Shown one piece after another: positions 45,539 to 55,672 of a stretch of DNA of 64,000 nt (positions within the stretch are counted from its first letter, which is position 1; the number at the start of each line of letters is the position of its first letter). The notes under the pieces were generated by a model that had not been told where the DNA came from, ran no database searches, and saw only the letters and a program-made list of their open reading frames with translations. The DNA is from an uncultured Planctomycetaceae bacterium. Lineage in GTDB: Bacteria > Planctomycetota > PLA2. A program made the translations under genes and the position numbers. The stretch lies in contig CAZMXP010000008.1 in assembly GCA_964570285.1 (NCBI GenBank), forward strand, positions 36,659 to 100,658, written 5' to 3'.

Positions 45539-46717
45539 ATGGATTCCAGGGCGCGAGTCGGCGATCGCTCCTCCCGTTCCACGCACGGCGCGGCCGGCAC
45601 CGCCGGCGCGGCGCCGCTGCGCGTCGTGCACGTGGTCCACTCCTTCCGGACCGGCGGCATGGAGAAGGGCATCGTCACCTGCATCCGGAACGCGTCGCCC
45701 GACTTCGAGCACGTCGTCGTCTGCCTCTCCACGACCGGCGAGATGGAGCGCCTCCTCCCCCCGCAGACCCCCCTCCTCGCCCTCGACAAGCCGCTCGGGA
45801 ACTCCGTGCGCTTCCTCTGGAAGCTCTCGCGCGTCCTGCGCTCCCTCGCCCCCTGCGTCGTGCACACGCGCAACTGGGTGGGCATGGACGGCATCCTCGC
45901 CGCGCGCCTCGCCGGGATCCGGGCGGTGGTGCACGGCGAGCACGGGTGGGAGGCGGGCGATGTGCGCGGGGACAACCGCAGGCGCGTCTGGGTGCGGCGC
46001 GTGCTCTCCGCCCGCGTGCGCCAGATCACATGCGTCTCGCGCGACATCGCGACCTGGCTCGCCGAGACGGTGCGCGTGCGCTGCCCGGTGGTCCAGATCT
46101 ACAACGGCATCGACCTGGAGCCGTTCGGCGATGCCGCCGCGGGCGCGCAAGTCCGGGCGGAGCTCGGCCTCGCCCCGGATGCGCCCGTGTTCGGCATCGT
46201 GGGGCGCCTCGACCCGATCAAGGACCACGAGACGCTCTTCCGCGCCCACACGCGACTGCGGGAGAGCGTGCCCGCCGCCCATCTCGTCTGCGTCGGCGAC
46301 GGGGAGGAGCGTGCCCGGCTGGATGCGATCGCCCCCCCCGGCGTGCACATGCTGGGCAGCCGGAGGGACGTGCCGCGAGTACTCGCGGCCCTCGACGGCT
46401 TCGTGCTGACCTCCCGCAACGAGGGCATCTCGAACACGATCCTCGAGGCGATGGCCGCCGGGCTTCCGGTGATCGCGTCCTGCGTGGGCGGGAACCCGGA
46501 GCTGGTCCTGGACGGCGAGACGGGACGGCTCTTCACTCCGGGCGACGTCGAGGGCCTCGCGGTCCTGATGGGGGAGTACGCGGCGAGCCGTGCGCTGCGG
46601 CGCGCCCACGGGGACGCGGGCAGGGAGCGCGTCCGGCGGGAGTTCACGATCCCCGCGATGGTCTCGCGCTACGAGGCGGTCTGGCGCGCTTGCGCCGGCG
46701 TGCCGCGCCCCGCGTGA
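45539..46717 (+). CDS. Glycosyltransferase family 4.
   Basis: Internal ATG in ORF 45326..46717. ...RVVHVVHSFRTGGMEKG... and ...EGISNTILEAMAAGLPVIASCVGGNPELV... Confidence 0.8.
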   Translation: MDSRARVGDRSSRSTHGAAGTAGAAPLRVVHVVHSFRTGGMEKGIVTCIRNASPDFEHVVVCLSTTGEMERLLPPQTPLLALDKPLGNSVRFLWKLSRVLRSLAPCVVHTRNWVGMDGILAARLAGIRAVVHGEHGWEAGDVRGDNRRRVWVRRVLSARVRQITCVSRDIATWLAETVRVRCPVVQIYNGIDLEPFGDAAAGAQVRAELGLAPDAPVFGIVGRLDPIKDHETLFRAHTRLRESVPAAHLVCVGDGEERARLDAIAPPGVHMLGSRRDVPRVLAALDGFVLTSRNEGISNTILEAMAAGLPVIASCVGGNPELVLDGETGRLFTPGDVEGLAVLMGEYAASRALRRAHGDAGRERVRREFTIPAMVSRYEAVWRACAGVPRPA

Positions 46718-46721
46718 AGCC

Positions 46722-48215
46722 TCACGGGCCCCCCGGCGCATCCGGCGCCGGCCGGAGGCGGAGGCGCCCGAGGAAGCGCGAGCACGCCGCGCGGACCCAC
46801 GCGCGCTGCTCCGGGGTCCAGAGATCGAGCCGCCAGGCGACCGCAAGGGCCACGACGCCGAGCAGCGCCTTCCACGCGATGCGCAGCAGGAAGCCGTCGG
46901 GGTTCACGAGCCAGGAGGCGGCGTAGGTGGCCGCGGCCACGAGCGCGAGCAGGCCCAGGGCGCGATAGCGCATCGGGAAGTGGAAGTCGCGGCGCGCCTG
47001 CCACCACGTCACGACGAAGAAGAGCAGCCAGGTGCCGAAGGTCGCCCACGAGGCCCCCCAGACGCCGAAGGAGGGGATGAGCAGGACGTTGAGCACGGTG
47101 CTCGCGATCGCGGTTCCGGTGGAGATGGTCGCGCGGGTGAAGGACCGCTTGTTGATCAGGATGATGTCCGCGAAGAAGTCGCCCAGCGTGCGCGCGGAGT
47201 AGCCCAGCGCGATGAGCGGCACGAAGGCGGACGCCATGTGGAACTCGGGCGCCGCCATGATCGTGACGATCTCGGGGATGAACAGCGACAGCCCGGTCCA
47301 GGCCGCGAGCACGACGAAGACCAGCGCCGTGAAGACCTCGGCCACGCGCCTCTCCCACCCCTTGTGATGCGTCAGCGAGAAGACCTGCGCGCTCCACGCG
47401 CGCACGAAGGGCCCGCCGATCAGGTCCGAGATCAGGAACCCGAACTTGTACGCGAGCGCGAAGACGCCCACCCAGGCGAGGCCCCGGAAGCTCACGACGA
47501 AGAAGCGGTTGGCGAAGTGGACGACGAAGAGGGAGATGCCCCCGAGGATCAGCGGCGCGCTGAACCGAAGCATGCGCCGCGCCGCCTCGCCGTTCCACCG
47601 GATCCCGACCTCGCGCAGGACCGAGCCGGTGAGGTAGACGCAGCCCACGCCGCCCGTGATCAGCTTGCTCAGCACAAACCCCCAGAGTCCCCACCCCAGG
47701 CCGACGATGAAGACGATGTTCAGCGTGAGCGTGACGACCAGATGCACGAAGCAGAAGCCGACGTACCGCCACGCGCGGTCCCGGATGCGGTAGTAGCCGA
47801 GCCCCACCTCCAGCACGGTGCCCCCGATGAGGCTCGCGAACGTGAGCCGCAGCAGCCCGACGTGGTGCGCGCCGTCGAAGGCCCATCCCGCGAGCAGCGG
47901 CGCGGCCAGTACCCCGGCGCCGCTCGCCATCGTGACGATGACGGCCGACGCGATCGTCGCGGTCGAGATCACGCTCGCCTGCCAGGCGGGATCGACGTAG
48001 TCGTGGTAGATCCGCGTCATGCCGCTGCCGATCGCGACCAGCCCGAAGGTGATCGCGGTGACGGCGGTGATCATCTCGATGAGCTCGAGCGTGCCGTAGT
48101 CCTGGGGGCTCAGGTAGTGCGTGTAGATCGGGATCATCAGGAACCCGACGACGCGGGTCGCGATGCTCCCGAGGCTGTAGAGCGCGCTGCTCTTCGTGAG
48201 CGACCTGAGGTCCAT
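46722..48215 (-). CDS. Polysaccharide biosynthesis protein / oligosaccharide flippase (Wzx-like, MOP superfamily).
   Basis: About 12 predicted TM helices; ...LYSLGSIATRVVGFLMIPIYTHYLSPQDYG... is typical of Wzx/PST proteins. Confidence 0.8.
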   Translation of the reverse strand: MDLRSLTKSSALYSLGSIATRVVGFLMIPIYTHYLSPQDYGTLELIEMITAVTAITFGLVAIGSGMTRIYHDYVDPAWQASVISTATIASAVIVTMASGAGVLAAPLLAGWAFDGAHHVGLLRLTFASLIGGTVLEVGLGYYRIRDRAWRYVGFCFVHLVVTLTLNIVFIVGLGWGLWGFVLSKLITGGVGCVYLTGSVLREVGIRWNGEAARRMLRFSAPLILGGISLFVVHFANRFFVVSFRGLAWVGVFALAYKFGFLISDLIGGPFVRAWSAQVFSLTHHKGWERRVAEVFTALVFVVLAAWTGLSLFIPEIVTIMAAPEFHMASAFVPLIALGYSARTLGDFFADIILINKRSFTRATISTGTAIASTVLNVLLIPSFGVWGASWATFGTWLLFFVVTWWQARRDFHFPMRYRALGLLALVAAATYAASWLVNPDGFLLRIAWKALLGVVALAVAWRLDLWTPEQRAWVRAACSRFLGRLRLRPAPDAPGGP

Positions 48216-48497
48216 GGGCTTACCCTAGTTGTCGACCTTCCGCGGGCACGACCGGAGGACGGGACGGGCTCCCCTCCCCCGGAACGCCCCGCGGCCGGCG
48301 GTGGCGGCTCGCGTCCCGCTGTTGCGTTCTCATCGACCCCACCTCTTCGGCCATCTTCGCCGCCGGGGCGAGGATTGCATGGGGGCCCGGGGGCCGAGTC
48401 CCGATGTGAGACGGCGCCGCGACCGGGAGCGAGGCGCGCCGCGCGCTCCCGACCGGTTCCCGGCGCAGCCGATAATGGGGGGAGGAGTGCGAGAGCC

Positions 48498-49598
48498 GTG
48501 AAGATCCTGAACGTCGTCGGGGCGCGCCCCAATTTCATGAAGATGGCGCCGCTCGTGCGCTGCCTGAGGGCGCGCGGCTACGCCCCGATGCTGGTGCACA
48601 CCGGCCAGCACTACGACGACAACATGTCGAAGGTCTTCTTCGACGACCTGCGCATGCCCCCGCCCGACATCCACTGCGGCGTCGGCTCGGGCTCGCACGC
48701 CGAGCAGACGGCGAAGGTGATGGTCGAGTTCGAGAAGATCTGCCTCGAGCACAAGCCCGACCTCGTCGTCGTCGTCGGCGACGTCAACTCGACGCTCGCG
48801 TGCAGCATCGTCGCGGCCAAGCTCTGGATCGCCGTCGCCCACGTCGAGGCCGGCCTGCGCTCCTTCGACATGCGCATGCCGGAGGAGGTCAACCGGCTCG
48901 TCACCGACCGCCTGAGCGAGATCCTGCTGACGCCCTCGCCGGACGGCGACGAGAACCTGCTCCGGGAGGGCGTGCCGCCCGAGCGGATCCACAGGGTCGG
49001 CAACATAATGATCGACTCCCTCTTCGACAACCTCGAGCGCGCCAAGGAGTCGACGGTCCTCTCCGATCTCGGCCTCGAACCGCACGGCTACGGCGTGCTG
49101 ACGCTGCACCGCCCCTCCAACGTCGACGACCCGGAGACGCTGCTGCGGCTCATGGAGGTGCTGCACGAGATCAGCGAGAGGCTCCCGATCGTCTTCTCCT
49201 GCCATCCCCGCACCGCCCAGCGGCTCGAACAGACCCCCGGCTACGGGGGACTGAAGCGGCGCGGCGACGTGAGGGTGCTGCCTCCGCTCGGCTACCTCGA
49301 CTTCCTCAGGCTCTCGTCCCAGAGCCGCCTCGTGCTGACCGACAGCGGCGGCCTGCAGGAGGAGACGACCGCGCTGCAGATCCCCTGCGTCACGCTGCGC
49401 GAGAACACCGAGCGCCCGATCACCGTCACCGAGGGCACCAACACCCTCGTCGGGACCGATCCGAAACAGATCCGCGCCGCCGCCCGCGCCGCCCTCGAAT
49501 CCGACCGCTCCACGCGCCGCGTCCCCGACCTCTGGGACGGCAAGACCGCCGCGCGTATCGTGGACGTCTTCGAGGCTTGGTGGAAGCGCCGTACCTGA
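48498..49598 (+). CDS. wecB: UDP-N-acetylglucosamine 2-epimerase (non-hydrolysing).
   Basis: GTG start with GGGGGGAGGAG RBS. KILNVVGARPNFMKMAPL...HTGQHYD... Confidence 0.85.
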   Translation: MKILNVVGARPNFMKMAPLVRCLRARGYAPMLVHTGQHYDDNMSKVFFDDLRMPPPDIHCGVGSGSHAEQTAKVMVEFEKICLEHKPDLVVVVGDVNSTLACSIVAAKLWIAVAHVEAGLRSFDMRMPEEVNRLVTDRLSEILLTPSPDGDENLLREGVPPERIHRVGNIMIDSLFDNLERAKESTVLSDLGLEPHGYGVLTLHRPSNVDDPETLLRLMEVLHEISERLPIVFSCHPRTAQRLEQTPGYGGLKRRGDVRVLPPLGYLDFLRLSSQSRLVLTDSGGLQEETTALQIPCVTLRENTERPITVTEGTNTLVGTDPKQIRAAARAALESDRSTRRVPDLWDGKTAARIVDVFEAWWKRRT

Positions 49599-50410
49599 TC
49601 ACCGGGGCCGCCGGCATGCTCGGCAGCCGTGCGCTCGCGGGCGCGCCCGAGGGCGTGCGCGCGGTCGGTGCAAGGCGAGCCGACGGAGACCTCGCCGACC
49701 GCCGCTCGGTCGACCGCCTCTTCCGCGCGCTCGGCCCCCTCCGCGGCGTGCTCCACGCCGCCGGTTTCACCGGGGTCGATCGCGCCGAGTCCGAGCCGGA
49801 GCAGGCGCGGCGCGACAACGTCGAGACGACCCGGCACCTCGCCGCCGCCTGCGCGGAGCGCCGGATCCCGCTGCTGCTCGTCAGCAGCGACTACGTCTTC
49901 GACGGCAGCGCCCAGCGCCCCTACCGCGAGGAAGATCCCCCGCACCCCCTCAACGTCTACGGAACAACCAAGCTCGAAGCGGAGCGGGTCGCCTTCGCGC
50001 TGCACCCCAGAGGCACGCTGGTCGTGCGCACCGCGTGGCTCTACGGCCCGGGCTTTCCCGATCGCATCCTCGCGCTGGCGCGGGAGCGCGAGACCCTCGA
50101 GGTCGTCGACGACCAGAGGGGGTCGCCCACCTCGACGGCGGAGCTGGTTCCCGCGCTGTGGGATCTCCTGGGGTCGGGGGTTCTCGGCACCTTCCACGCG
50201 GCCTGCGAGGGCGTGGCCTCCTGGTGCGACGTCGCCCGGGCCTGCCTCGGGGAGGGGCGCGTGCGCGCCTGCACCACCGCGGAGTTCCCGCGCCCGGCCC
50301 GCCGGCCGGCGATGAGCGCGCTCGACTCCGGGAAGCTCGCCGCGCAGCGCGGCCGCCCGCTCCGCCATTGGCGTGAGGCCCTGATGCGGTATCTTGCGGA
50401 TCGCCCATGA
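49580..50410 (+). CDS. rfbD: dTDP-4-dehydrorhamnose reductase.
   Basis: ...[10 protein letters not shown]... Rossmann motif; ...[34 protein letters not shown]... GTG start overlaps the wecB 3' end. Confidence 0.8.
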   Translation: MEAPYLITGAAGMLGSRALAGAPEGVRAVGARRADGDLADRRSVDRLFRALGPLRGVLHAAGFTGVDRAESEPEQARRDNVETTRHLAAACAERRIPLLLVSSDYVFDGSAQRPYREEDPPHPLNVYGTTKLEAERVAFALHPRGTLVVRTAWLYGPGFPDRILALARERETLEVVDDQRGSPTSTAELVPALWDLLGSGVLGTFHAACEGVASWCDVARACLGEGRVRACTTAEFPRPARRPAMSALDSGKLAAQRGRPLRHWREALMRYLADRP

Positions 50411-51414
50411 CGACCGTGCTCGTGACCGGCGGCGCCGGGTTCATCGGCAGCAACCTCATCCGGCTGCTGCGCGCGACGCGCCCCGGGTGGCGCGTGGTCA
50501 ATCTGGACCTGCTGACCTACGCGGGCAACCTCGCCAACCTCGAGGGCGTGGAGCAGGAGTTCGTGCGCGGCGACGTCGCCGAGCCCGCGGACGTGCACCG
50601 CGCCTTCGACGCGGCCGGGGAGGGGGCGCTCGTCGTGCACCTCGCCGCCGAGAGCCACGTCGACCGGTCGATCCGGTCGAGCCTCCCCTTCCTGCGCACG
50701 AACGTGCTCGGCACGCAGGTGCTCTTGGACGTGGCGCGGGAGCGCCGCGCGGGCCGCCTCCTGCACGTCTCGACCGACGAGGTCTACGGATCGCTGCCGG
50801 AGGGCGTCTTCGCCGACGAGGGAGCGCGCCTGAACCCGTCGAATCCCTACGCGGCGAGCAAGGCGGCGAGCGACCACCTCGTGCTCGCGGCGGTGCGGAC
50901 CCACGGCGTCGATGCCGTCCTCACGCGCTGCTCGAACAACTACGGCCCCTACCAGTTCCCGGAAAAGGTCGTGCCGCTGATGATCGCGAACGCGCGCGAC
51001 GGGCGGCCGCTGCCGCTCTACGGCGACGGCCTGCACGAGCGCGACTGGATCCACGTGGACGACCACGGCGAGGCGCTGCTCGCGGTGCTGGAGCGCGGGC
51101 GGACGGGCGAGGTCTACAACGTCGCGGGCCGCAGCCACAGGAGCAACCTCGACCTCGCTCGATTCCTGCTCGCGACGCTCGGAAAACCCGAATCGCTGAT
51201 CGCCCACGTGAAGGACCGCCCGGGCCACGACCGGCGCTACGCGCCGGACGGCGGCAAGATCGAGCGCGAGCTCGGCTGGAAGCCGCGGCGGCGGTTCGAC
51301 GAGGCGATGGCGGGCGTCGTGCGCTGGTACGACGGCAACGGGCCCTGGCTCGACAGGGTGCGCAGCGGCGCCTACCGGCGCTACTACGCGGAGCAGTACG
51401 GGGCGAGGGCATGA
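50407..51414 (+). CDS. rfbB: dTDP-glucose 4,6-dehydratase.
   Basis: [21 protein letters not shown]...; [12 protein letters not shown] catalytic YxxxK. Confidence 0.9.
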   Translation: MTTVLVTGGAGFIGSNLIRLLRATRPGWRVVNLDLLTYAGNLANLEGVEQEFVRGDVAEPADVHRAFDAAGEGALVVHLAAESHVDRSIRSSLPFLRTNVLGTQVLLDVARERRAGRLLHVSTDEVYGSLPEGVFADEGARLNPSNPYAASKAASDHLVLAAVRTHGVDAVLTRCSNNYGPYQFPEKVVPLMIANARDGRPLPLYGDGLHERDWIHVDDHGEALLAVLERGRTGEVYNVAGRSHRSNLDLARFLLATLGKPESLIAHVKDRPGHDRRYAPDGGKIERELGWKPRRRFDEAMAGVVRWYDGNGPWLDRVRSGAYRRYYAEQYGARA

Positions 51415-52286
51415 GCGCGCGCAAGGGGATCATCCTCGCGGGCGGCTCGGGCACGCGGCTCTACCCGAGCACGAAGGCGACGAGCAAGCAGCTGCTGCCG
51501 GTCTACGACAAGCCGATGATCTACTACCCGCTGAGCACGCTGATGCTCGCGGGCATCCGCGACATCCTCGTCATCACGACGCCGCGCGACGAGCCGAGCT
51601 TCGAGGCGCTGCTCGGCGACGGCAGCGCGTGGGGCATCGGGATCCGCTATGCGACGCAGCCGCGGCCGGAGGGCATCGCGCAGGCCTTCCTGATCGGCGA
51701 GTCCTTCCTCGGCGGCGCGCCGGTCGCGCTGATCCTCGGCGACAACATCTTCTTCGGGCAGGGGCTCTCGCGCCGGCTGCAGGAGATCTCCGCGCGCACC
51801 GACGGCGCGACGGTCTTCGCCTACCGCGTGCGCGACCCGGAGCGCTACGGCGTCGTCGAGCTGAACGAGGACGGCACCCCCCGCGCGATCGTCGAGAAGC
51901 CGCGGGATGCGCGCAGCAACCTCGCCGTGACGGGCCTCTACTTCTACGACCGCGACGTCTGCGGGATCGCCCGCCGCCTGCGGCCAAGCGCCCGGGGCGA
52001 GCTCGAGATCACCGACGTGAACGCCGCCTACCTCGCCAGAGGCGCGCTCGGCGTCGAGCATCTCGGCCGCGGCATGGCGTGGCTCGACACCGGAACCTGC
52101 GAGTCGCTCTTGCAGGCGACGAACTTCATCGAGACGGTCGAGTCGCGGCAGGGGCTCAAGATCGCCTGCCCCGAGGAGGTCGCGTGGCGCATGAAGTTCA
52201 TCGACGACCGCCAGCTTGCGCGCCTCGCTTCGGAGGCGGGCGAGTGCGCCTACGGCCGCTACCTGAAGGGGCTCCTCCCCGCGTGA
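51411..52286 (+). CDS. rfbA: Glucose-1-phosphate thymidylyltransferase.
   Basis: [38 protein letters not shown]... is canonical RmlA. Confidence 0.9.
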   Translation: MSARKGIILAGGSGTRLYPSTKATSKQLLPVYDKPMIYYPLSTLMLAGIRDILVITTPRDEPSFEALLGDGSAWGIGIRYATQPRPEGIAQAFLIGESFLGGAPVALILGDNIFFGQGLSRRLQEISARTDGATVFAYRVRDPERYGVVELNEDGTPRAIVEKPRDARSNLAVTGLYFYDRDVCGIARRLRPSARGELEITDVNAAYLARGALGVEHLGRGMAWLDTGTCESLLQATNFIETVESRQGLKIACPEEVAWRMKFIDDRQLARLASEAGECAYGRYLKGLLPA

Positions 52287-52831
52287 GGGCCCGGCAGACC
52301 TCCCTGCCCGGGGTCCTCGTCGTCGAACCGACCCTCTTCCGCGACGCGCGCGGGCACTTCCTCGAGACCTACAGCGAGCCGCGGTACACGGCCCTCGGGC
52401 TCCCTCCACAATTCGCGCAGGACTGCCTCTCCCGCAGCGGCGAGGGCGTCCTGCGGGGCATCCACTACCAGTGGCCGAACCCGCAGGGCAAGCTCGTCTG
52501 GGTGGCCGAGGGCGCCGTGCTCGACGTCGCGATCGACCTGCGCCGCTCCTCGCCGCACTTCGGCAGGTGGGAGGCGCACGAGCTCGACGCCGAGAGCGGA
52601 AGGCAGCTCTGGATGCCGGAGGGTTTCGCCCACGCCTTCCTCGTCACGAAGGCGCCCTGCCTCTTCGCCTACAAGTGCACCCGCCTCTACGATCCGAAGG
52701 GCGAGCGCGCCATCCGCTGGGACGACCCCGACCTCGCGATCCGCTGGCCGATCAGCGGGCCGATCCTCTCCGACAAAGACCGCCGCGCCCCCCTACTCCG
52801 CACCATCCCCCGCCCCCACCTCCCCGAATAG
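52283..52831 (+). CDS. rfbC: dTDP-4-dehydrorhamnose 3,5-epimerase.
   Basis: GTGA overlap with rfbA; ...[18 protein letters not shown]...; ...HAFLVT... cupin motif. Confidence 0.85.
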   Translation: MRARQTSLPGVLVVEPTLFRDARGHFLETYSEPRYTALGLPPQFAQDCLSRSGEGVLRGIHYQWPNPQGKLVWVAEGAVLDVAIDLRRSSPHFGRWEAHELDAESGRQLWMPEGFAHAFLVTKAPCLFAYKCTRLYDPKGERAIRWDDPDLAIRWPISGPILSDKDRRAPLLRTIPRPHLPE

Positions 52832-52957
52832 CCCCCCCTTCACTCCCAAAGCGCTGTACGGGTGGTGCGCAAGTCATGTCCTGTCAATCGGTTAGCACGA
52901 GAGGAGTGCGGCAGTCCTGCCGCACCGCTCGGAAGCGCAAGCCTGCGGGACTGACGA

Positions 52958-52987
52958 CCGGGGGCCGCGATCCGCGGCCCCCGGGCC
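52958..52987 (-). terminator. GC-rich terminator-like hairpin (GGGGGCCGCG-AUC-CGCGGCCCCC) about 25 nt downstream of the stop of secreted-protein paralog A; it also sits after convergent rfbC.
   Basis: Perfect 10-bp palindrome read from the sequence. No U-tract, as is usual in high-GC genomes. Confidence 0.35.
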
Positions 52988-53010
52988 CATCAGGCGCGTG
53001 CCCGACACTT

Positions 53011-53892
53011 TCACTCGACAAAGCGCATGCGCCCGTCCTCGCGCCAGCCGTTGGCATCGAGCACGCGGGAAGTCAGACGCTTCTTGTCGGGCTGCAGCAC
53101 GCTGAGGTCGACGCTGTTTGCCGCGTAGGCGTCCCAGTTGGCGTCCATCGTGGTGCCGCTCAGCCCGCCGCCCTTGTACCAGTTGAAGCTAGCGTAGAGC
53201 GGGGAGTACCCCGAGTTGTACGGGGTCGGGGTCGAAATGGTTCCGCGCACGCGCTGGTCGCCCCCCGACGCGGGGCCGATGAGCTGCCCGCCACCCCGGC
53301 ACTCGTATGCGATGCGCATGCCACTCACGCAGTAGCCCTTGAGGCTCATGTTGCCCGAGTCCGCCCTGTCCGGGCCGGCCTTGCCGACGGTGCTTTGGGC
53401 CGCGAGCGCGACGCTGAACTTCGCCTCGCCCACCGCGTTCGCCCGGAGTTCCACGCGCACGGCCCCGATGGTGAAGTCCCGGTTCTGGATGTGCAGCGTC
53501 TTCGCGCTGTTCAGCGTCGCGGTCAGGCTTACCTTGCGGACCTTGTCGCCTCGCTTGTGCACCACCTCCTTCTTGTAGACGACGATGCCGCCGAGCCCCG
53601 CGGCCGCCTTCACGATCGACGCGCGATCCCGGGACGCCGTCCCGCCCGCGTAGACGTCGTTGACGATGGCCGATTCGCCGAGAAGCTGCGGCGTGATCCG
53701 CGTCGCGAGCGCCACGTTCGCGGTGTCGTAGCTGCCCAAGGCGTTCCCCGCGAACCGCGCCCAGCAGTAGCCGCTCTTCTCCGGGTCGCCGTTCTCGAGG
53801 ACCCATTCGTTCCTCTGGTTGGGGTAGCGCTCCGCCGAGGCCATGCCTGCGAGGCAGGCCAGCGCGATCCAGTATCGGTTGAAGTTGCTCAT
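53011..53892 (-). CDS. Secreted hypothetical protein, paralog A of a duplicated family (Cys-containing, Gly-rich).
   Basis: Signal peptide MSNFNRYWIALACLAGMASA. ...SLKGYCVSGMRIAYECRGGGQLIGP... is shared with the partial gene at 63589. Confidence 0.6.
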   Translation of the reverse strand: MSNFNRYWIALACLAGMASAERYPNQRNEWVLENGDPEKSGYCWARFAGNALGSYDTANVALATRITPQLLGESAIVNDVYAGGTASRDRASIVKAAAGLGGIVVYKKEVVHKRGDKVRKVSLTATLNSAKTLHIQNRDFTIGAVRVELRANAVGEAKFSVALAAQSTVGKAGPDRADSGNMSLKGYCVSGMRIAYECRGGGQLIGPASGGDQRVRGTISTPTPYNSGYSPLYASFNWYKGGGLSGTTMDANWDAYAANSVDLSVLQPDKKRLTSRVLDANGWREDGRMRFVE

Positions 53893-54221
53893 CTATCTGC
53901 TCCTTTCGCGGGCAACCCTGCTGGCCGCCTCGATCAGGAAGTGGGGCCAGCCTCCCGTAGTTGCCACGCACACGCATCAATCGCCCTCATGGACGCCCGA
54001 TTCGTGAACCGCTTTCGTCAGACACCCCAAGGGCGCAGCCGGTATGACGTAACCAATTGTAAGTACACGACTTACATGCGCCGGTTGCGACACTCGTGCC
54101 GCAGGGGGAGTGCGGGACGGCGGAGCCACCGATCAAGGAGTTTCCAATCCCCCACCCCGCTCCTCCCTCGAGCCTCCTCCAGCCTCCTCCCGTCCCCCCC
54201 GGTGGGCGAGAATCACGAACG

Positions 54222-55601
54222 ATGCGTCGAGTCGTGCCCCTCCTGCTGCCCCTGCTCGTCTCCTGCACGGCACCAGGAAAACCGGCCGACCTCCCGCCCG
54301 CCCAGCCGCCGGACGGCCGCCTCACGGCGCAGGAGCTGCAGGCGCTGGTCGTCGGCTTCGCCGACCGGGCGATGGAGACCACCGTCGCGGCGACGCAGCG
54401 GCTGATCGACCGCGACCCCTCGCCGGCGATGCGGCGAAGCTGCAGCTTCGCCCGGCTCTACGTGACCTCCCTCGCCTGCTCCTGCGCCGTCCAGAAGAAC
54501 CCCGAAGTGGCGCTCCTCGACATGATCGTCGGCATCTCCGTCCAGCGCTTCATCGTCGACGGCCCGCGCGGCGACGCCCTCTTCCCAGGCGACGCCGCGC
54601 GGGAGATCCGCGCCCACATGCAGGCGCTCGAGGAGGAGGCGTGGCGCCTCGGCGCGCGCGCGCTCGGCGACGAGCAGCGCCGCGATCTCGAGGCGCTGCT
54701 CGGGCAGTGGAAGCGGGAGCACCCGAGCGCCACCTACGTCGGCTTCGTCCGCTTCGAGGACTTCGCGGCGGCGCGCGAGAAGAGCTCCCTCGCCGGCGTC
54801 GAGCGGCGCGGCGTGCTGCGGCTGCTGGCGCCGATCGACGAGACGAACCGGCAGATCGAGGAGACGCGCCTCTTCGCCGAGCGGGCGCTCTTCCTCGCGC
54901 AGCGCGCTCCCTTCCTCGCGCGCTGGCAGGCGGAGGTCTTCGCGTACGAGATGCTCGACGCGCCCGACGTGCGCCGCACGATCGACGCGCTCGCGCGGTC
55001 GGCCGGCGCCGCCGACTCCCTCGCGAAGAGCGCCGCGGGGCTTCCCGCCACGCTCGCCGCCGAGCGCGAGCGGCTGCTCGAGGCGCTCGACGCGCGCGAG
55101 GGGTCGCTGAAGGACCTCGTCGCGGAGTCGAGGCGGACGATCGCCGACGCGCGCGCGCTGGCCGGCGATGCGAAGGAAGTGGGGGCCTCGGGGGAGAGGC
55201 TGACCGCGGCCGTCCGCGAGGCGTCCGAGGCCCTCGGGCGCACGGTCGAGGGGGCGGACCGGCTGATCGCGAACCTCCGCAACGCCGACGCGCCCGGCGG
55301 CGCCGCGTCGTTCGACGTCGAGAAGTACGCCTCCGCGATCGAGCGCCTCACCGCCGCCGCCGAGTCGGCGAACGAGGCCCTCGCGACGACCGAGCGCCTG
55401 CTCGCCTCGCCCGCCTTCCGCGAGCGCCTCGACGAGGTGGACGGCGTCGCCGACCGCCGCCTGAGGGACGTCGAGGCCGCCACGCGCGGCTGGATCGACC
55501 TCGCGACCGTGCGCGCCGTCCAACTCGCCGGCGCGATCCTGCTGCTGCTGCTCGGCTATCGGGCCGCGGCGGCCCGCGTCGCGGCGAAGAAGAGCGCCTG
55601 A
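54222..55601 (+). CDS. Helical lipoprotein with a C-terminal TM anchor, hypothetical.
   Basis: MRRVVPLLLPLLVSCTAPG lipobox. Long Ala/Glu/Arg-rich helical region. C-terminal ...VQLAGAILLLLLGYRAAAARVAAKK. Confidence 0.5.
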   Translation: MRRVVPLLLPLLVSCTAPGKPADLPPAQPPDGRLTAQELQALVVGFADRAMETTVAATQRLIDRDPSPAMRRSCSFARLYVTSLACSCAVQKNPEVALLDMIVGISVQRFIVDGPRGDALFPGDAAREIRAHMQALEEEAWRLGARALGDEQRRDLEALLGQWKREHPSATYVGFVRFEDFAAAREKSSLAGVERRGVLRLLAPIDETNRQIEETRLFAERALFLAQRAPFLARWQAEVFAYEMLDAPDVRRTIDALARSAGAADSLAKSAAGLPATLAAERERLLEALDAREGSLKDLVAESRRTIADARALAGDAKEVGASGERLTAAVREASEALGRTVEGADRLIANLRNADAPGGAASFDVEKYASAIERLTAAAESANEALATTERLLASPAFRERLDEVDGVADRRLRDVEAATRGWIDLATVRAVQLAGAILLLLLGYRAAAARVAAKKSA

Positions 55602-55672
55602 AGACCGCCGGGGTCCGCGGCGCAGGCTGAGGGGGCCGCTCCCTACAATGGGCCGCGAGGATCGGAGGCCGC

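Noticed and set aside
52471-54405. 644-aa plus-strand ORF spanning the paralog A region.
   Set aside because: Overlaps the well-supported minus-strand secreted-protein gene. Arg/Pro-rich with no motifs.
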